This document shows, one piece after another, positions 62,967 through 64,000 of a stretch of DNA of 64,000 bases (the first letter of the stretch is position 1; the number at the start of each line of letters is the position of its first letter). The stretch lies in NCBI GenBank assembly GCA_964247055.1, contig OZ176056.1, forward strand, positions 3,720,001 to 3,784,000, given 5' to 3'. Origin of the DNA: Paragordius varius (taxonomy: Eukaryota; Animalia; Nematomorpha). The notes beneath the pieces are model-generated. The model ran no database searches. It saw only the letters and a list, made by a program, of their open reading frames with translations, and was not told where the DNA came from. Made by a program: the position numbers and the translations under genes.

Positions 62967-64000
62967 CTATTATGATAAAATAAATATGATTAATTTTTGG
63001 ATTGAATTGATGATAAAATTATTAAATCAGTTAAAAGGGTCATACTCTATACAAAGCAATCTCCGAACAAAAATATTTAAACAATTGATTATGAATATTT
63101 TTGATTAGAACGGACTATATATGCAAAAAAGACAAAATAACATAAAAAACCATTTCTAAATAATCTATGTTAACGGTATTAAGTTGTTTAGTTATTATAA
63201 TAATTTATATTAGAAGAAACCACAATTATAATCAAATCAATTTCGTGAAATTTGTAAAAAGCTTTAAAATATATAAAACATGTATCGAGACAAAATGCTG
63301 GTTTATTCACACTTTATTGACCAATTGACAACACAGTAGTGTATGGTAAAAACAAAAAATGTGAATAAACAAGTTATATACGATAAAATTGTTCATTCAA
63401 CATTTAATTATTTTTTATTTCAATTTGCAAATTTATACTCATAACTTAGTAAAGATATTTCTTATACATTTATAAATCCGAGCTTTTGACAAGCTCTAGA
63501 TAAAATTGTTTTATATTTAATTTGATTTTTACAGTTTTGTGCTTAATATAAGTTTCATGCGCCTTGCCGGATTTTTAGAGTCAAAATACGATCCGCGAAA
63601 CCATCTATGTTGGGCAATCCTGAATTAAAATGTTTAAGGTGCTAGCGTTATAATGCTCTCTGATAAACTATTGTGAAATTAAATTTTTTGATTCAAAGGT
63701 GAAACTTATTTAGTTTTTTCATACTTGCAACATTTTTAATAAAATCTATTTTGTATATTATATCTTTAATTTTTAATTTTTGCATTCAGCATCAACTTTT
63801 TTCCCGAACAATATGTTTTAATTTTTATTTTTTAACACTTCGGATTGTGATATTTAAAAATTTCAGACTATATTTAAGTTAAACTTCTGAAAAAAACGGT
63901 TCCAATTAAAATTTAAGCTTCGATCTTAAAAGTATATTTTAAATACGCTAAAATATCTAAATAAAATTTTGTCTTAAAGAAAACGTGGCATCTCAAACTA

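Overview
Very AT-rich, intron-containing animal nuclear DNA, most likely from an invertebrate (a cytochrome b NUMT reads best with AGA=Ser). No prokaryotic features, CRISPR arrays or rRNA/tRNA genes were found. Splicing exons by hand (GT-AG boundaries, phase-consistent joins) gives four host genes: (1) a complete 7-exon STELLO/DUF288-type glycosyltransferase-like gene (+, 8652-14300, ~655 aa); (2) a large multi-exon gene resembling Treslin/TICRR (+, ~18936-27397); (3) a complete 4-exon aldo-keto reductase (+, 38625-43135, 291 aa); (4) a divergent group II PLP-dependent aromatic amino acid decarboxylase (-, 50470-62966, 5' end beyond the window). There are also orphan 3' exons of a second AKR and two exons of an unidentified gene (29278-29661). 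The rest is dense with transposon relics: two mariners, a hAT with two head-to-head 5' ends, hAT and piggyBac-like MITEs, a Gypsy integrase fragment, a Penelope GIY-YIG fragment, a ~1.2 kb foldback family (5 copies) and three MITE families sharing a TATACCATTT terminus and 21-bp subterminal arrays. The most striking observation is a set of ultra-short GT-AG introns (23, 24, 27, 31 nt) needed to keep reading frames open, in genes that also carry kilobase introns. All family assignments come from motif recognition by eye and from memory and have not been checked against databases.
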